From an uncultured Acidimicrobiia bacterium (GTDB lineage: Bacteria; Actinomycetota; Acidimicrobiia; Acidimicrobiales; AC-14): a stretch of DNA of 64,000 nucleotides. Location of the stretch: contig CAWIIV010000019.1 of assembly GCA_963836205.1 (NCBI GenBank), forward strand, positions 1 to 64,000, given 5' to 3'. The first letter of the stretch is position 1. Every line of letters begins with the position of its first letter. Positions 1-9,314 of this stretch are shown piece after piece. The notes under the pieces were generated by a model. That model searched no databases. It was not told where the DNA came from and was given only the letters and a program-made list of their open reading frames with translations. The position numbers and the translations under genes were made by a program.

Positions 1-64
1 ACACTCCGGCGAGGCCGACCGCAGTAGCGCTCCTACCTGGTGGCGAGCGTTGATTCGTGGCGAC

Positions 65-394
65 TCAGGCGTCGCACCCGGCGGCGATGGTGAGGGCGCG
101 GCAGGCAGCATGCATGGTGTCGTCACTCGCTCGCCCGAGACGCCGAAGGAGGCGCGTACGGGCCAGCAGGAAGGTGTTGTCGAAGTTGGCCACCGACTCG
201 GCGGCCAGGCCCGCTTCCTGGCCGACCGGCACCTCGGTGGCCAAGTCCCTGATGGTGGACGTGATCGGCGCGCAGATCACCGAGTGAAGGATGCGTCCCA
301 TCGGGTCGCGGGTGAGGACCAACACCGGCCGACGCTTGTCGCCGGGCACCTCGGCGAACCACACCTCGCCCCGACGGGCAGCGGGCACCGTCAC
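65..394 (-). CDS. PemK/MazF-family toxin
   Basis: RRGEVWFAEVPGDKRRPVLVLT and APITSTIR motifs typical of MazF/PemK; overlaps upstream antitoxin. Confidence 0.9.
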   Translation of the reverse strand: MTVPAARRGEVWFAEVPGDKRRPVLVLTRDPMGRILHSVICAPITSTIRDLATEVPVGQEAGLAAESVANFDNTFLLARTRLLRRLGRASDDTMHAACRALTIAAGCDA

Positions 395-654
395 GGCGAA
401 CCCCTGTAGAGCGCGTCGTAGTCGACCTCGTCATCGTCGAGATCGAACGTGACCGCGAGGTCGGCGATACCGAGCTCGGCCCGGTCCTGCGGGTGGCGCG
501 TGTAGGTCTCGACGTCGCGCCGGAGGCGTTCGGTCCGAATCAGGCGGTCGAGGGCCACGTCGATCACCTCGGACATGGACTGCCCACCGATCAGGAGGCG
601 GGCCTCCTCGACCTTGTCCCGATCGAGCGTAACGGTCGCCTTCTGCCGTGCCAT
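391..654 (-). CDS. Antitoxin (RHH-like N-terminus, acidic tail) cognate to MazF-like toxin
   Basis: MARQKATVTLDRDKVEEA...; 4-nt overlap with toxin; start taken at ATG 654 within ORF 391..813. Confidence 0.75.
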   Translation of the reverse strand: MARQKATVTLDRDKVEEARLLIGGQSMSEVIDVALDRLIRTERLRRDVETYTRHPQDRAELGIADLAVTFDLDDDEVDYDALYRGSP

Positions 655-691
655 ACCAGGCATACTACCGCCGGGTGGTATTCGTCGTCCG

Positions 692-1090
692 TCAGGCCGG
701 CGACTCGACCACGAGGGAGAGGGCGGTGGCCGCGTCGGCCATCCGACGGTCGTAGGTGACCACGGCCCGCAAGTCGGCGCCGATTGAGCTGGCCGACGCC
801 AGATGGATGGCATCCAGGGACCGAAGGACCGTCCCCGGTGCGAGCGTGGCCGCCTCGTCGAGCAGGGCGCGGTCGATGTTGACGAGGTCCACGCGGGCGA
901 GCTGCCGCCTCGCCTGGGCGACCGCTGCCGGGCCGCCGGCAGCCACGGCCCGCACCACCTCGACCCGGGCGAGGGCGCTCGTCACCCGACCGTCGGTGGG
1001 ATGGCGGCGAAGGAAGCGGCGCAGCGCGCCCGACTCGGGTTCCAGCTTGACCAGCTTCACGAGCGCGGAGGAGTCCAGGTACAACCTCAC
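692..1090 (-). CDS. vapC: VapC PIN-domain toxin
   Basis: LYLDSSALVKL, LRSLDAIHLASA, VVTYDRRM PIN motifs; GTG start overlaps antitoxin stop. Confidence 0.9.
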   Translation of the reverse strand: MRLYLDSSALVKLVKLEPESGALRRFLRRHPTDGRVTSALARVEVVRAVAAGGPAAVAQARRQLARVDLVNIDRALLDEAATLAPGTVLRSLDAIHLASASSIGADLRAVVTYDRRMADAATALSLVVESPA

Positions 1091-1353
1091 CGTTCGTCGG
1101 CGCGCATCTCGGCAAGGACTGCGGATGCGTCGACGTCGTAGTTTTCGGGCGCCTCGTCGGCCACGTCGGTGTCGTCCTCGGCGGGCGTGACCCGGCCGCT
1201 GGCAATCATGTCGGCCCAAGCATCGGAGGTGATGGGGACAAGGCGCGCCACCGGGCGCCCCCGGTCGGTGACCTCGAGGCTCTCGCCGTGCGCGACGCGG
1301 TCCAAGTAGCGGCTGGCGTGCTGGCGAAGCTCTCGAACCCCGATACGGTCCAT
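1087..1353 (-). CDS. Phd/YefM-family antitoxin
   Basis: IGVRELRQHASRYLDRV...EVTDRGRPVARLVP. Confidence 0.9.
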   Translation of the reverse strand: MDRIGVRELRQHASRYLDRVAHGESLEVTDRGRPVARLVPITSDAWADMIASGRVTPAEDDTDVADEAPENYDVDASAVLAEMRADER

Positions 1354-1370
1354 GTGCTACACAATAGCAC
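1354..1370. promoter_or_regulatory. Palindromic autoregulatory operator of Phd-VapC pair
   Basis: GTGCTA-cacaa-TAGCAC abutting the antitoxin ATG. Confidence 0.65.
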
Positions 1371-1502
1371 TAGGGTGAGGGAGTGGCAGGTCCGTCGCTC
1401 TCCGGCTGTGCTCGGCCTTGACCACACGGGCCTCACCGATGACGAGTGGCTCACATTCGAGCATGCGCTGGCTGATCGGACTACTACCACGGGCTGACGG
1501 TT

Positions 1503-1513
1503 TCGTAGTACGA
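1503..1513. promoter_or_regulatory. Palindromic operator overlapping a -10 element of the third TA pair
   Basis: TCGTA-g-TACGA overlapping TACGAT about 10 nt before the GTG start (leaderless-like). Confidence 0.5.
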
Positions 1514-1522
1514 TTGCTCGAT

Positions 1523-1762
1523 GTGGATGTGCGCCCCTCAGCGCTCAAGCACGGAGTCCTCGTCGAGGAAATCGAACACGCTGTGCGAAACGCCATGGTG
1601 ATCGAGGACATGGACGACGACCTGCGTCTCTACCTCGGACCGAGCCGGAGCGGCACGCTGCTCGAAGTCATCGCCCTGATGAGGAGCGAGAGCCAGACGG
1701 AGCTAGTGATTCACGCCATGCCGATGCGAGCGAAGTATCGACCGCTGTTGCCCGGAGGCTGA
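1523..1762 (+). CDS. Putative toxin (BrnT/RelE-like, toxin-first TA pair)
   Basis: SALKHGV..EEIEHA...LYLGPSRSGTLLEVI...VIHAMPMR; coupled to downstream RHH gene. Confidence 0.7.
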   Translation: MDVRPSALKHGVLVEEIEHAVRNAMVIEDMDDDLRLYLGPSRSGTLLEVIALMRSESQTELVIHAMPMRAKYRPLLPGG

Positions 1763-2040
1763 TGATGACCGACGACCTTGGAAGGACCCGTAGCGGCGAG
1801 CCGATCACCGCGGAGCTTCTCGAAAAGCTCACGGCCCAGGCGGAGGAGGGCTTCGACGTCGAGGAGATCCTCCGTCGCCGAGGTGGGCGGCCACCGATGG
1901 GCTCGTCGGCTGCGGCGGTGGAGTCGGTACGGCTCGACCCGGAGCTCAGCCAGGCGCTTCACGATCAAGCCCACCGCGAGGGGCGCACGAACTCGGATTT
2001 GATACGCGATGCGCTCCGGGCCTACCTCCAGGCGAGCTGA
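1762..2040 (+). CDS. CopG/RHH-domain antitoxin
   Basis: RRGGRPPMG...SVRLDPEL..AL...A..EGRTNSDLIRDALRAYL. Confidence 0.8.
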   Translation: MMTDDLGRTRSGEPITAELLEKLTAQAEEGFDVEEILRRRGGRPPMGSSAAAVESVRLDPELSQALHDQAHREGRTNSDLIRDALRAYLQAS

Positions 2041-2314
2041 CCCTCAAGCGCCGCGGACGACCGCCACGAACTCCCATATTCCCTCAGATCTTCTTCGAGC
2101 TGAGGACTCTAGATGAGAACTGGAGGGGTCCGCTAAGCTGCATAACTGCAGGTCAGCCCTATTTGGAGTTGTGTCCCGCCGACAGGTCGGCTGAGCACCA
2201 CAACCCCTGTTGATCCGGTCGCGTCAGGCCAGCCAGATTGCCAGCGTCCATGGCGGTACTGCTGTCCGCTCGGCCACCACCGCTCGAACTGTCGCTCCCG
2301 GGCGGTGGATCAGG

Positions 2315-3910
2315 TCAGGTGGGCGCGCCGGATGGGGCCGGCGTTGGTTCGGCCGGTGGGGGTTGCTCGGCTCGGATCGCCTCCAACTCGTCCCAGATGC
2401 GGACGTTGCGGGTCTCCTTCAGCGCGATCATGCCCACGATGAAGGTGATGGAGGCGACGAGGATCGGATAGGCCAGACCCCAGTACATGCTCCCGGTGGC
2501 CGAGTTCACATAGAGCCCGATCAGTGGGAGCAGTCCTCCGAAGACGCCGTTGCCGAGGTGGTACGGCAAGGAGAAGGACGTATATCTGACCTTGGCCGGG
2601 AACGCCTCCACCAGAAATGCGGCGATCGGCCCGTAGACCATGCAGACGAGCAACATCTGCAGGAAGATGAAGAACACCAGCAAGGCGAAGTTGGTGTCGA
2701 CCTTCTGGGCGTCGAAGAACTTGCTGACGCCGGGCCGGATCTCCTCGGTGTTCTCGATGTTCGTCTTGTAGGCCGTATCGGTCTTGGCCGTCACGATCTG
2801 GCCCTCGGAGTTGATGGCCGAGAGCTTCGGCTCGTCGGTGATCGGATCGTGGGTGGCGGACAGGCCCACCACGTCGGTCTTGGCCGCCGACTGCATCCCG
2901 TGGTAGATCGGGATGTAGGAGAGCGCGGCCAGGAGGCAGCCGGTCATGATGATCCGCTTCCGGCCGATTCGGTCGGACATGGCGCCGAAGATGGTGAAGA
3001 ACGGCATGCCCAGCAACAGCGCCACGGCCACCGTGATGCGGGCCGCCTCCGTCTCCACCTTGAGAATGGTGGTCAGGTAGAAGAGGGCGTAGAACTGGCC
3101 CGTGTACCAGACCACCGCCTGCCCCGCGGTAGCCCCGAACAGGGTCAGCAGGATTCGCTTCCAGTTCTCCCAGCCCTTGAGGGCATCGGTCAGCGGCGCC
3201 TTCGACGTCTTCCCCTCCGCCTTGAGCGTGGCGAAGATGGGGGATTCCTTCATCTTCATCCGGACATAGAGCGAGAGGCCCAGGAGGATCAGGGACAGAA
3301 GGAACGGGATCCGGTAACCCCAGTCGGTGAAGCTCTCGGGACTCATCGACCGCTGGGTGATGACGACCACCAGGATGGCCAGGAAGAGACCGCCGGTGGC
3401 CGTGATCTGGATGAAGCTCGTGTAGAAGCCCCGCTTGTTGTCGGGGACGTGCTCGGCGACATAGATGGCCGCCCCGCCGTACTCCCCGCCCAGGGCAAGG
3501 CCTTGGAGCACTCTGAACAGGATCAACAGGGCCGGTGCGGCATAACCGATCGTCCCGTAACCCGGTAGGAGGCCGACTCCGGCGGTGGTCACGCCCATGA
3601 TGATCAGCGTCACCATGAAGGCGTACTTCCGGCCGACGAGGTCGCCGATGCGGCCGAAGAAGATGGCGCCGAAGGGGCGCACCACGAAGCCGACGGCGAA
3701 TGTCGACAGGTACAGCAGGAGCTGCACCGTCTCGTTGCCGGGAGGGTAGAACCTCGGGGCCAGGGTCGCGGCCAGCGTCCCGAAGATGTAGAAGTCGTAC
3801 CACTCGATCACCGTGCCGGCCGACGAAGCGCCGATCACGTTCCAGATCTTGTAGTCCCGCCTCGCTCGCTCTTCGGCTGAACCGGGAAGTGGAGTCTCCT
3901 TCGTCGCCAT
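2315..3910 (-). CDS. MFS transporter, metabolite:H+ symporter (MHS) family
   Basis: SSAGTVIEWYDF, GRIGDLVGRK, LQGLALGGEYGGA motifs; extra hydrophilic loop. Confidence 0.9.
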   Translation of the reverse strand: MATKETPLPGSAEERARRDYKIWNVIGASSAGTVIEWYDFYIFGTLAATLAPRFYPPGNETVQLLLYLSTFAVGFVVRPFGAIFFGRIGDLVGRKYAFMVTLIIMGVTTAGVGLLPGYGTIGYAAPALLILFRVLQGLALGGEYGGAAIYVAEHVPDNKRGFYTSFIQITATGGLFLAILVVVITQRSMSPESFTDWGYRIPFLLSLILLGLSLYVRMKMKESPIFATLKAEGKTSKAPLTDALKGWENWKRILLTLFGATAGQAVVWYTGQFYALFYLTTILKVETEAARITVAVALLLGMPFFTIFGAMSDRIGRKRIIMTGCLLAALSYIPIYHGMQSAAKTDVVGLSATHDPITDEPKLSAINSEGQIVTAKTDTAYKTNIENTEEIRPGVSKFFDAQKVDTNFALLVFFIFLQMLLVCMVYGPIAAFLVEAFPAKVRYTSFSLPYHLGNGVFGGLLPLIGLYVNSATGSMYWGLAYPILVASITFIVGMIALKETRNVRIWDELEAIRAEQPPPAEPTPAPSGAPT

Positions 3911-4146
3911 GTCCCCCCCAAGTCATGAACGGATCGGCCCGATGCTCACCAGGCCGCCGTCGCCCGGCCCAGGCCGATTGAGATGGTAAGCCTCGAGCGA
4001 CCGCGATTCCATGGTGACAACGAGGGCGTCCCGGTTCATGTGGACGGTTCGACGAGAGTCCGTCGAGACGATCAGGTACCGCGCTCCCGCGCCGACACCG
4101 ACTGCGACCGCGTGACGTCCTCGGGCTCGACCGCGCCCGGCGATGG

Positions 4147-5448
4147 TTACTCGGGGAAGTCGACGATGGCGAGGACCAACGGAAGTTGCTCGGTGCGGGG
4201 TTCCGCCGCGGGCGGTGCGGCGGGCAGGAACGTTCCGGTCAGGAAGTCGTCTGCGTCCAGGATCGAGGTCGGTCCGACCTGGCCGACGTAGGTGAGCTCG
4301 TCGATGACGTACGGGAGCCCGTCGGCACCGAGCAGTGACGGCCCGTCCATCAGCTGGAAGTGCATGTGGGAGGCGTTGGAGTTGCCGGTGTTGCCCAGCT
4401 CGGCGATGACGTCGCCCTTCTTCACCTGGTCACCGACCTTCACCTTCAGGCTGCCCTTGAGCAGGTGGGCGTACATGGCGTACGCGCCCCCGCCGATGTC
4501 CTGGACGATGTGGTTGCCGTCGACGTTCTCGACCGTGAGCCTCGCCCTGAGCACCGGATCGGCGGCGGGAAGCACGCCGGGGGCGTTGGCCTCCTCGGTG
4601 TCGAGCGTGCCGACCACGGTGCCGTCGGCCACCGCGTAGATGGCCGAGCCGTAGTCGACGTAGCTCTCGTTCCTGGTCCTGTCGCCCACGTAGAACCGGC
4701 CCTGGTCGTCGAGCTGCTTCCAGTCGATGGCGAAGCGCTGGCTGTTTCCGAGCTTCCCGTTGAGCGAGGCGAGCGAGGTGCGGTGGGGCCAGCCGACGTC
4801 GCAGCAACTGTTGAGCGCGACCCAGTTCTTGCCCTTCACCGGCGGACCGATCACCCGAGGCGTCCCCGCCGAGATGTCGAAGGGGGCGGCCAGGAAGTCG
4901 ATCGGCGTGGGGGTGCTGGCCGGCGGCGAAGCGGCGCCGGTGCCGTAGACGTGGTGCAGCACCGCCCTGGGCGCCTCCGCCAGGGAATCGAACGCGATGT
5001 CGACCAGCACGGCACGCGACTCCTGGGGCGGGATGGCGGAGTCGGGTGCGTCGGTCGACGGGAGCCGGCGCAGGCGGTTGCAATCGCCCGCGAGACAGGT
5101 CGGGTCGACGAGCCGGGCCCCGGACAACGAGGCCAGCACCTTGGCCGGGTCGAGCCCGTCGACGACGTCGAGCTTGTCGAGCGTGGCGGGGACGCTCGAG
5201 GCGTTCGTGACCTGGAGGTCGTAGGTGACGTGGAACCTCTGATCGGTGCCGAGGAACGGGAACGTGGCCCCGCTGATCGGCACGAGCGTGAGCGCGGTGA
5301 ACTCGTCGGGCACGGTCACCCCGTCGAGTGATCCGCCGGTCGCCGGGCCGGCGGTGTCGGGTTCGCCGGCCGATGGCGAGGTCGACGAACATGCCCCCAG
5401 GACGAGCAGGAAGGCGACAACCGCGGCGGAGACAAAGGGACGGCGCAC
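4147..5448 (-). CDS. M23-family metallopeptidase lipoprotein
   Basis: Lipobox LGAC; YAHL and GNTGNSNASHMHFQ motifs. Confidence 0.85.
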   Translation of the reverse strand: MRRPFVSAAVVAFLLVLGACSSTSPSAGEPDTAGPATGGSLDGVTVPDEFTALTLVPISGATFPFLGTDQRFHVTYDLQVTNASSVPATLDKLDVVDGLDPAKVLASLSGARLVDPTCLAGDCNRLRRLPSTDAPDSAIPPQESRAVLVDIAFDSLAEAPRAVLHHVYGTGAASPPASTPTPIDFLAAPFDISAGTPRVIGPPVKGKNWVALNSCCDVGWPHRTSLASLNGKLGNSQRFAIDWKQLDDQGRFYVGDRTRNESYVDYGSAIYAVADGTVVGTLDTEEANAPGVLPAADPVLRARLTVENVDGNHIVQDIGGGAYAMYAHLLKGSLKVKVGDQVKKGDVIAELGNTGNSNASHMHFQLMDGPSLLGADGLPYVIDELTYVGQVGPTSILDADDFLTGTFLPAAPPAAEPRTEQLPLVLAIVDFPE

Positions 5449-5553
5449 GTCGATGACTCCCCTCTGAAGCGTGGCCGGATCCTAAACGCCGCGTTCCTCC
5501 TCGCGCCGACGGCGTCGGCGGGGCGGCGGCGTCATCGTCACCCGGCGCAAGCC

Positions 5554-6010
5554 GTGAAGCTGCTCATGACCGCTTCCCAGATCAACGGCCTGCCCGTGGT
5601 CACCGTCCCTGGGGGGGACGACGTGGCCGAGGTGCGCGATGTGATCTACGACCCCGAGGCCGGGCGCGTCGTCGGCCTGACGCTCAACAAGCGAGGGTTG
5701 CTCGCAGGGCGGCGGAAAGAGGTCCGGCCGGCGGACGCGATCCACGCCATCGGCCGCGACGCCGTCATGATCCTGGACGACTCCAGTCTCACCGCCCCCG
5801 AGGACGCCCCCGACGAGGTCGGACACCCGGCCACCGATCGCAACCTCATCGGCGCGACGTGCTCACCGAGGGGGGCAAGAGCCTGGGCGTCGTGCACGAC
5901 CCGGCCATCCTGGTAGGTAGCACCGGCGAGGTCGTCGGGTACCAGATCGAGAAGCCCACCGGGGGCCACGGGTACATCCCCCTGCCGGCCCAGCTGGCGG
6001 TGTCGGGCGC
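5554..6010 (+). pseudogene. PRC-barrel domain protein, frameshifted and 3'-truncated
   Basis: ASQINGLPVVT..DVAEVRDVIYD..HAIGRDAVMI; second barrel continues in another frame (LTEGGKSLGVV) then collides with the opposite-strand gene. Confidence 0.7.
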
Positions 6011-6461
6011 CGCCACCACTCGTGTCGGCCGGGGGGCGAGGAGCAGGCCGAACGTGGACGCCGTCACCACCCACTGCCCGACACAGAAGGGGCAGGTCAC
6101 CAGTTCGCCGACGGCTTTCCGGGCCCCGTCCCCCGCACCTCCTCCTCGAGCTCGGCCGGGCCCGACGATCCCTCGAAGCGGGTGAACGGGACCCGCAGCG
6201 GCTGGTGACCGGGTCCTTCGTCAGCAACCGGCTCAGCTTGTGGGTGGCCACCGCCGTCAGCGCGACATCGGACTACGCCAGGCGCTCGGGCAAACCCTGG
6301 CGCCGGACCGCCAGCCCACCCGCCCCGACCACGGCCCCGTAGGCGGCCATGAGGACGACGAAAGGTCCGAGGGGACGGCCCTCCCCGTGGTCGTAGGCCC
6401 GGGCCTCGCCGGCCACCGTCGACCTGAGCCGGCCGTTGACGTCCTCCGCGATGTCGGTCAT
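6005..6461 (-). pseudogene. DUF1360-like membrane protein, disrupted
   Basis: Fragments ...LPERLA* (TAG 6273-6275), VATHKLSRLLTKDPVTS and TCPFCVGQWV lie in different frames; 3' end missing. Confidence 0.7.
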
Positions 6462-6976
6462 GGATCTCCTCCGGGATCGCCGACAGGGGCCGGCCACAGG
6501 CGGAGGACTGCCATGGCCAGGGCCACGCCCACTGCGTCGCCGGCCAGGATGTCGGAGACGTAGTGGCTGCGCTCCCGCCACAACGACCAGTGCGAGGCCG
6601 TGGTCAGGGCCAGCATCGGCATCGCAAGGACCGGAAGGGCCCGGGCCACGATCAGGGCGAAGGCCGTGTCGCAGGCGGCGTGGCCCGACGGGAACGACGA
6701 CGTGGGCGGGCGGATCAGCTTCCCGGCGCCCGGCGGCCGCTCGCGACCGAACATGGGCTTCAAGATCAGGTTGGCCACCACGCCCGCCGATCCGTAGCCG
6801 ACGAGAGCCTGGGCCGCGGTCCGCCGGCTCCCGTCGGCGCCCCGGCCCGCGGCAGCCACTCCACCGGCGACCGCGACCCAGAAGGGTGGCTGCTTGGCCA
6901 CCCGCCCGGACACGTCGAGGACGGTTGCGAGCTTGGACACCGAGCGGTTCCTTACCCCACTCCGCTCGCCCGTCAC
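6458..6976 (-). CDS. PAP2-family phosphatase
   Basis: K..F.RERP, SSFPSGH, R..HYVSD motifs; start approximate. Confidence 0.8.
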   Translation of the reverse strand: MTGERSGVRNRSVSKLATVLDVSGRVAKQPPFWVAVAGGVAAAGRGADGSRRTAAQALVGYGSAGVVANLILKPMFGRERPPGAGKLIRPPTSSFPSGHAACDTAFALIVARALPVLAMPMLALTTASHWSLWRERSHYVSDILAGDAVGVALAMAVLRLWPAPVGDPGGDP

Positions 6977-7120
6977 CCATGGATCGGGCAGACGGCGGGC
7001 GGGTAAGAGCCGGCGGAGACCCGAACCACCAGGAGCCCGGCCCATGACCCCCACGCCCCATCCCCATCCCCATCCCCGGGTGATCGCCCGAGCGGCCGCG
7101 GCCGACCGTGGAGGACGACG

Positions 7121-8119
7121 ATGACCCGCCCGCCGAAGGTCGTCGTGGTGACGGGGGCCAGCTCGGGTGTCGGGCGGGCGGCGGTGCGGGCGTTCGCCGA
7201 GCGGGGGGCCGACGTCGCCCTCATCGCCCGGGGTCTGGACGGGCTCGAGGGCGCGGCCAAGGAGGTGGAAGCGGCGGGCCGGCGGGCCCTCGTCCTCCCC
7301 CTCGACGTGGCCGACGCCGAGGCCGTCGACCGGGCCGCCCAGCAGGTGGAGGACGAGCTGGGTCCGATCGACGTGTGGGTGAACTCGGCCATGACCGCGG
7401 TGCTGGCCCCGGTGATGGAGACGTCGGCCGCCGAGTTCGCCCGGGTGACCGAGGTGACCTACCTGGGTCAGGTCCACGGGATCCTCGCCGCCCTGGCCCG
7501 GATGGTGCCCCGCGACCGGGGCGTGATCATCCAGGTGGGGTCGGCCCTCAGCTACCGGTCGATCCCCCTGCAGGCCACCTACTGCGCGGCCAAGCACGCG
7601 GTCAAGGGATTCACGGAGTCGCTGCGGTGCGAGCTGCTCCACGACCACAGCCGGGTGCGGATCACGATGGTGCACCTTCCGGGGCTGAACACGCCCCAGT
7701 TCGACCGGGTGAAGACCACGCTCCCCCGCCACCCCCGACCCGTCGCTCCCGTGTACCAGCCGGAGGTGGCGGCCAAGGCCATCGTGTGGGCGGCCGAGCA
7801 CCGGCGGCGGGAGGTGATGGTGGGCGGGCCCACGCCGCTCACCGTCTGGGCCGGACGACTCGCCCCCGGGCTGGTCGACCGCTACCTGGCCCGCACCAAC
7901 TACCAGGGCCAGCAGACCGACGAGCCCATCCCGCCCGACCGCCAGTCGTACCTGTGGGAGCCGGTGCCGGGCGACCCCGGAGCCCACGGCGACTTCGACG
8001 CCGAGGCCCACGACTCCAGCCTGCATTTGGCCCTGACCACCCACCGCCCGCTGGTCGCGGCCGTTGGCGGCGCCGCGGCCGCGGCGTCCCTCGCCTGGTG
8101 GTCACGCCGGACGCGGTAG
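7121..8119 (+). CDS. SDR-family oxidoreductase
   Basis: TGASSGVG, YCAAK. Confidence 0.92.
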   Translation: MTRPPKVVVVTGASSGVGRAAVRAFAERGADVALIARGLDGLEGAAKEVEAAGRRALVLPLDVADAEAVDRAAQQVEDELGPIDVWVNSAMTAVLAPVMETSAAEFARVTEVTYLGQVHGILAALARMVPRDRGVIIQVGSALSYRSIPLQATYCAAKHAVKGFTESLRCELLHDHSRVRITMVHLPGLNTPQFDRVKTTLPRHPRPVAPVYQPEVAAKAIVWAAEHRRREVMVGGPTPLTVWAGRLAPGLVDRYLARTNYQGQQTDEPIPPDRQSYLWEPVPGDPGAHGDFDAEAHDSSLHLALTTHRPLVAAVGGAAAAASLAWWSRRTR

Positions 8120-8135
8120 GCACCCGCATCGAGCG

Positions 8136-9314
8136 TCAGGCCACGTTGGGCGACGCCGGCCACCCCGTCCGGGTCGAGGCCTGGGCCCTGGTGACTCCGA
8201 CGGCCACCGCGGCCATGGCCACGCCGGCGAGGAGCACGACCGCGAGGCCGACGACGACCGGGTCGAGGCCGTCTTCCACCGCCACTGCGGCGACCGGACC
8301 AGGTCCTACCACGGTGGGATCGACCGGCGGGGCGACCACCGGCGGAGTGGCGGCGGCGCCCGCCCGCAGGTGGCCGCGGCAGCCCTCGCCGCAGGCCGGC
8401 GCCTGGTCGAGGGTGCCCAGCAGCCGGTCGACCGCGGCCTGGGGCGTGAGCCCCTCGCTCAGCAGCAGGGCCAGCGTCCCGCTCACGTGGGGGGCGGCGA
8501 ACGAGGTGCCCGCCACCGACCAGTAGCGGCCGCCGGGGGCCGTGGTGACGATGTCCTCCGCCACGCCGTCGCCGATCCCGCCCGGCGCGACCATCCCCCA
8601 GACGGCGTTGCCGAGGGCGGTGGAGTAGTCGGGAACTGCCCCCGACTCGTCGGTGGCGCCGACCACGACCGCGTGCAGGTCGCCGTAGTTGGGGCTCAGC
8701 CCGGTGACGCCCTCCTCGTAGTTCCCCGCGGCCAGCACGGTGACCGCGCCCCGGGTCCAGGCGTACTCGATGGCGGGGCCGAGGGGAGTGCCCAGGATCG
8801 ACGTCACCACCACCCGGGGGTCGCCCAGGCTGAGGTTCACCACCTGGGCCCCGTGGTCGACGGCCCAGATGATGGCGTTGTTGATGTCCTCGGTGCGGCC
8901 GGAGCCGTCGTCGGCGAGCGCCTTGGCCACCACCAGGTGGGCGTCGGGGGCCACCCCGGCGATGCCGACGCCGTTGCCGGTGATGGCCGCGGCCACACCG
9001 GCCACCGCGGTCCCGTGGCCATCCGAGTCGGGGGCGCTCCCCTCCCGGCAGGGACCGTCGACGCAGGTGGCGACGGCGTCGATCTTGCCGGCCAGGTCGG
9101 GGTGGTCGACGTCGACCCCGCTGTCGACGATGCCGATGACGACGCCCTGCCCGGTGGCGTGCGACCAGGCGTCGGTCGCCCCGATCTCCTCCAGGGCCCA
9201 CTGCCGCTCGAACAGGGGGTCGTCGGCCGTGAGCGAGGCGGCCGAGGGCGCGGCCCCGACCGCCAGCAGCAGCCACGAGAGGGCGGTGGCCAGGAGCGTC
9301 AGCCGGCGGACCAT
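8136..9314 (-). CDS. Membrane-anchored S8 (subtilisin-like) serine peptidase
   Basis: Signal peptide; DSG, HGT and GTSFAAPHV catalytic motifs; C-terminal TM helix. Confidence 0.9.
   Translation of the reverse strand: MVRRLTLLATALSWLLLAVGAAPSAASLTADDPLFERQWALEEIGATDAWSHATGQGVVIGIVDSGVDVDHPDLAGKIDAVATCVDGPCREGSAPDSDGHGTAVAGVAAAITGNGVGIAGVAPDAHLVVAKALADDGSGRTEDINNAIIWAVDHGAQVVNLSLGDPRVVVTSILGTPLGPAIEYAWTRGAVTVLAAGNYEEGVTGLSPNYGDLHAVVVGATDESGAVPDYSTALGNAVWGMVAPGGIGDGVAEDIVTTAPGGRYWSVAGTSFAAPHVSGTLALLLSEGLTPQAAVDRLLGTLDQAPACGEGCRGHLRAGAAATPPVVAPPVDPTVVGPGPVAAVAVEDGLDPVVVGLAVVLLAGVAMAAVAVGVTRAQASTRTGWPASPNVA

Noticed and set aside
1376-1497. Independent small gene
   Set aside because: No convincing start or RBS; more likely a gene remnant
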